Source: an uncultured Candidatus Saccharibacteria bacterium (GTDB taxonomy: Bacteria > Patescibacteriota > Minisyncoccia > Phycocordibacterales > UBA5272). From it: a stretch of 64,000 bases of DNA. This document shows, one piece after another, positions 62,369-64,000 of the stretch (positions are counted from its first letter, which is position 1; each line of letters opens with the position of its first letter). The position numbers were made by a program, and so were the translations under genes. Location: the NCBI GenBank assembly GCA_964544935.1, contig CAZJDZ010000002.1, forward strand, positions 30,668 to 94,667. The letters run 5' to 3'. The notes under the pieces were generated by a model, which saw only the letters and a program-made list of their open reading frames with translations, made no database searches and was not told the DNA's origin.

Positions 62369-64000
62369 TTAGTTTTCTAAAAGTTTTATTTCATCAGTAA
62401 TGATTGTTTTTTCACCATTTCTTGTTGAAACTTTACCTCGTACAACAAGCGGGGTGTCTAAAGTACACAAATTTTTATAGCGTTTATATGATTCAGGGAA
62501 TACTGCAACCTCAATAAAACCAACATAATCACGAAGAGTGAGGAGTGCCATCTTATCTCCCTTTTTTGTAGTTGTAATACGTATTTTTTCAATAATTACC
62601 GCAATAGAAACTTCCTTCCCATCAAGAATTACTGTGTGTACTTTTTCGATGTCCATATTCCTCGACTGAATTTTTTCTTTCCACGGATCAAGCGGGAATC
62701 CAGAGACGAATAAACCTAGAAGATCCTTCTCCCAAGATAGTCTTTGTTTTTGAGTTGCTTTATCAACTTTTTTCATAACAAAAGATGAATCTTGCGGTAT
62801 ATCAAAAAGACTTGTTTGAAGAAGGTTATCTTTAACCACATGTTTATGAAATTCTAGAATACTCTCTACATTTGCTAGAATTTCATTTCTTTCTGCAAAT
62901 GCATCCAATGCTCCACACATAGTGAGTGCCTCAAGTGATTTTTTGTTTAAATTTTTATGGGTAATACGTCTTATAAAGTTTTCAAAAGACACAAAAGGAC
63001 CGCGGTTCTTTCTTTCAGTAATAATTGCATCTGAAATATCAACACCAAGATTCTTTACTGTGTAGAGACCAAATCTAATTTCTTCTTTTCCGTTTTCGTC
63101 TAAAACAATACTAAAACCTCCTTCACTTTTATTGATATCAGGAGGAAGGATAACAATACCCATACGCTTACATTCAGAAACAATTTCTGAAATTTTTTCC
63201 ACATCACCACTTTCATTTGAAAGAATAGCCGTCATATAAGTAACAGGGAAGTTTGCTTTCATATAAGCAGTTTGGTAAGCAACTCTTCCATAACTTGCAG
63301 CATGAGCCTTGTTGAATCCGTAGGCAGCAAAAGGTTCAATAAGAGACCATAACTCCTGACCTTTTTTAACCGACAAACCATGCTCCAAAAACCCAGCCAA
63401 AAGCTTTTCTTTTTGTGCTTGCATTTCTGCTGGAATTTTTTTCCCCATTGCTTTACGAAGTTTGTCTGCTTCGAGCCAAGAATAGCCAGCAAGATGGATA
63501 GCAATAAGCATCACGTCGTCCTGATATACAATCACTCCAAAGGACTGATCAAGAATTGGCTCAAGACGTGGGTCAAGATATGAAACAAGAGACGGTTTAT
63601 GCTTTCTTTGGATATATTCTGGAATCATTTCAAGTGGGCCTGGACGATATAGCGCAACCATGGCATTGATATCAAAAATAGTTGTTGGCTTAAGTTCTTT
63701 TAAAAATCTAGTCATTCCAGAACCGTTCAATTGAAAGAGTCCCATGGTTTCTCCACGAGCAAGCATCGCAAAAGTTTTTTCATCTTCAAGTGAAATGTCT
63801 TCAATATCAACAGTAACCCCGTACCGTTCTTGTGTGAGAGCAATAGCATCTCCTAAAATTGTTAAGTTTCTAATTCCCAAGAAATCAAACTTTAAAAGTC
63901 CAGCATCTTCAATGGTATACATATCATACTGAGTGATTACTTTGCCGCCCTTAGGGTCCTTTTGTATAGGAGTAAACTCCCATAAAGGTAAAGGAGAGAT
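62369..64000 (-). CDS. dnaE: DNA polymerase III alpha subunit, C-terminal part; the gene continues beyond the window end
   Basis: Fingers/thumb region and OB-fold C-terminus (RGKVSTRNGEKTIIT). The reading frame stays open past 63922 towards 64000. Confidence 0.85.
   Translation of the reverse strand: MSPLPLWEFTPIQKDPKGGKVITQYDMYTIEDAGLLKFDFLGIRNLTILGDAIALTQERYGVTVDIEDISLEDEKTFAMLARGETMGLFQLNGSGMTRFLKELKPTTIFDINAMVALYRPGPLEMIPEYIQRKHKPSLVSYLDPRLEPILDQSFGVIVYQDDVMLIAIHLAGYSWLEADKLRKAMGKKIPAEMQAQKEKLLAGFLEHGLSVKKGQELWSLIEPFAAYGFNKAHAASYGRVAYQTAYMKANFPVTYMTAILSNESGDVEKISEIVSECKRMGIVILPPDINKSEGGFSIVLDENGKEEIRFGLYTVKNLGVDISDAIITERKNRGPFVSFENFIRRITHKNLNKKSLEALTMCGALDAFAERNEILANVESILEFHKHVVKDNLLQTSLFDIPQDSSFVMKKVDKATQKQRLSWEKDLLGLFVSGFPLDPWKEKIQSRNMDIEKVHTVILDGKEVSIAVIIEKIRITTTKKGDKMALLTLRDYVGFIEVAVFPESYKRYKNLCTLDTPLVVRGKVSTRNGEKTIITDEIKLLEN

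Noticed and set aside
1-64000. GC-rich segments as contamination or chimeric assembly
   Set aside because: Considered seriously. However, each GC-rich ORF is precisely framed by AT-rich host-type promoters, SD sequences and terminators, with GC shifts at start and stop codons, and the segments are short single-gene units. That pattern is hard to get from misassembly. Read-level verification is still recommended.

Overview
The window is 64 kb of AT-rich bacterial chromosome, roughly 35-40% GC by eye, and its gene content matches a small, reduced genome. It carries infB-rbfA, clpB, a divergent eno next to a dehydrogenase-phosphoglycerate-mutase fusion and a short pyk, msrA, a MacAB-like HlyD/ABC/FtsX efflux trio, rnhB, leuS, uvrA, a short uvrC, nrdAB, an FKBP, a Ddl-like ligase, an Nth-like glycosylase, RNase J, secG and the 3' part of dnaE. 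IF-2, UvrC and Pyk are all short, and several genes are fusions. From this I infer a Patescibacteria/CPR-like or similarly streamlined organism; I cannot prove that without searches.

Two tRNA genes, tRNA-Leu(UAG) at 83-164 and tRNA-Tyr(GUA) at 14892-14975, are each followed by a small island. Each island holds a ~90-nt structured repeat family (four copies) whose helices covary and whose outer stem copies the T-arm of the neighbouring tRNA. Each island also holds visibly GC-rich, apparently foreign ORFs driven by AT-rich host-type promoters; two of those promoters are near-identical ~45-nt modules.

A further GC-rich cluster at 7.0-9.1 kb encodes three small peptides (two with clear signal peptides, one of them cysteine-rich), each with its own promoter and terminator, and two of them share a paralogous ~60-nt leader. 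Other notable items are a LeuRS with an embedded Nudix domain, a NADAR-domain gene, an AlbA_2/Schlafen-like gene, a sigma-region-4 + HARE-HTH protein, a giant surface protein with a perfect 285-nt internal duplication, a GC-rich KH-domain gene, and two GC-rich intergenic regions that may be structured RNAs (52.16-52.46 kb and 29.97-30.25 kb). Every product call is motif-level reading of the translations; none has been checked against a database.
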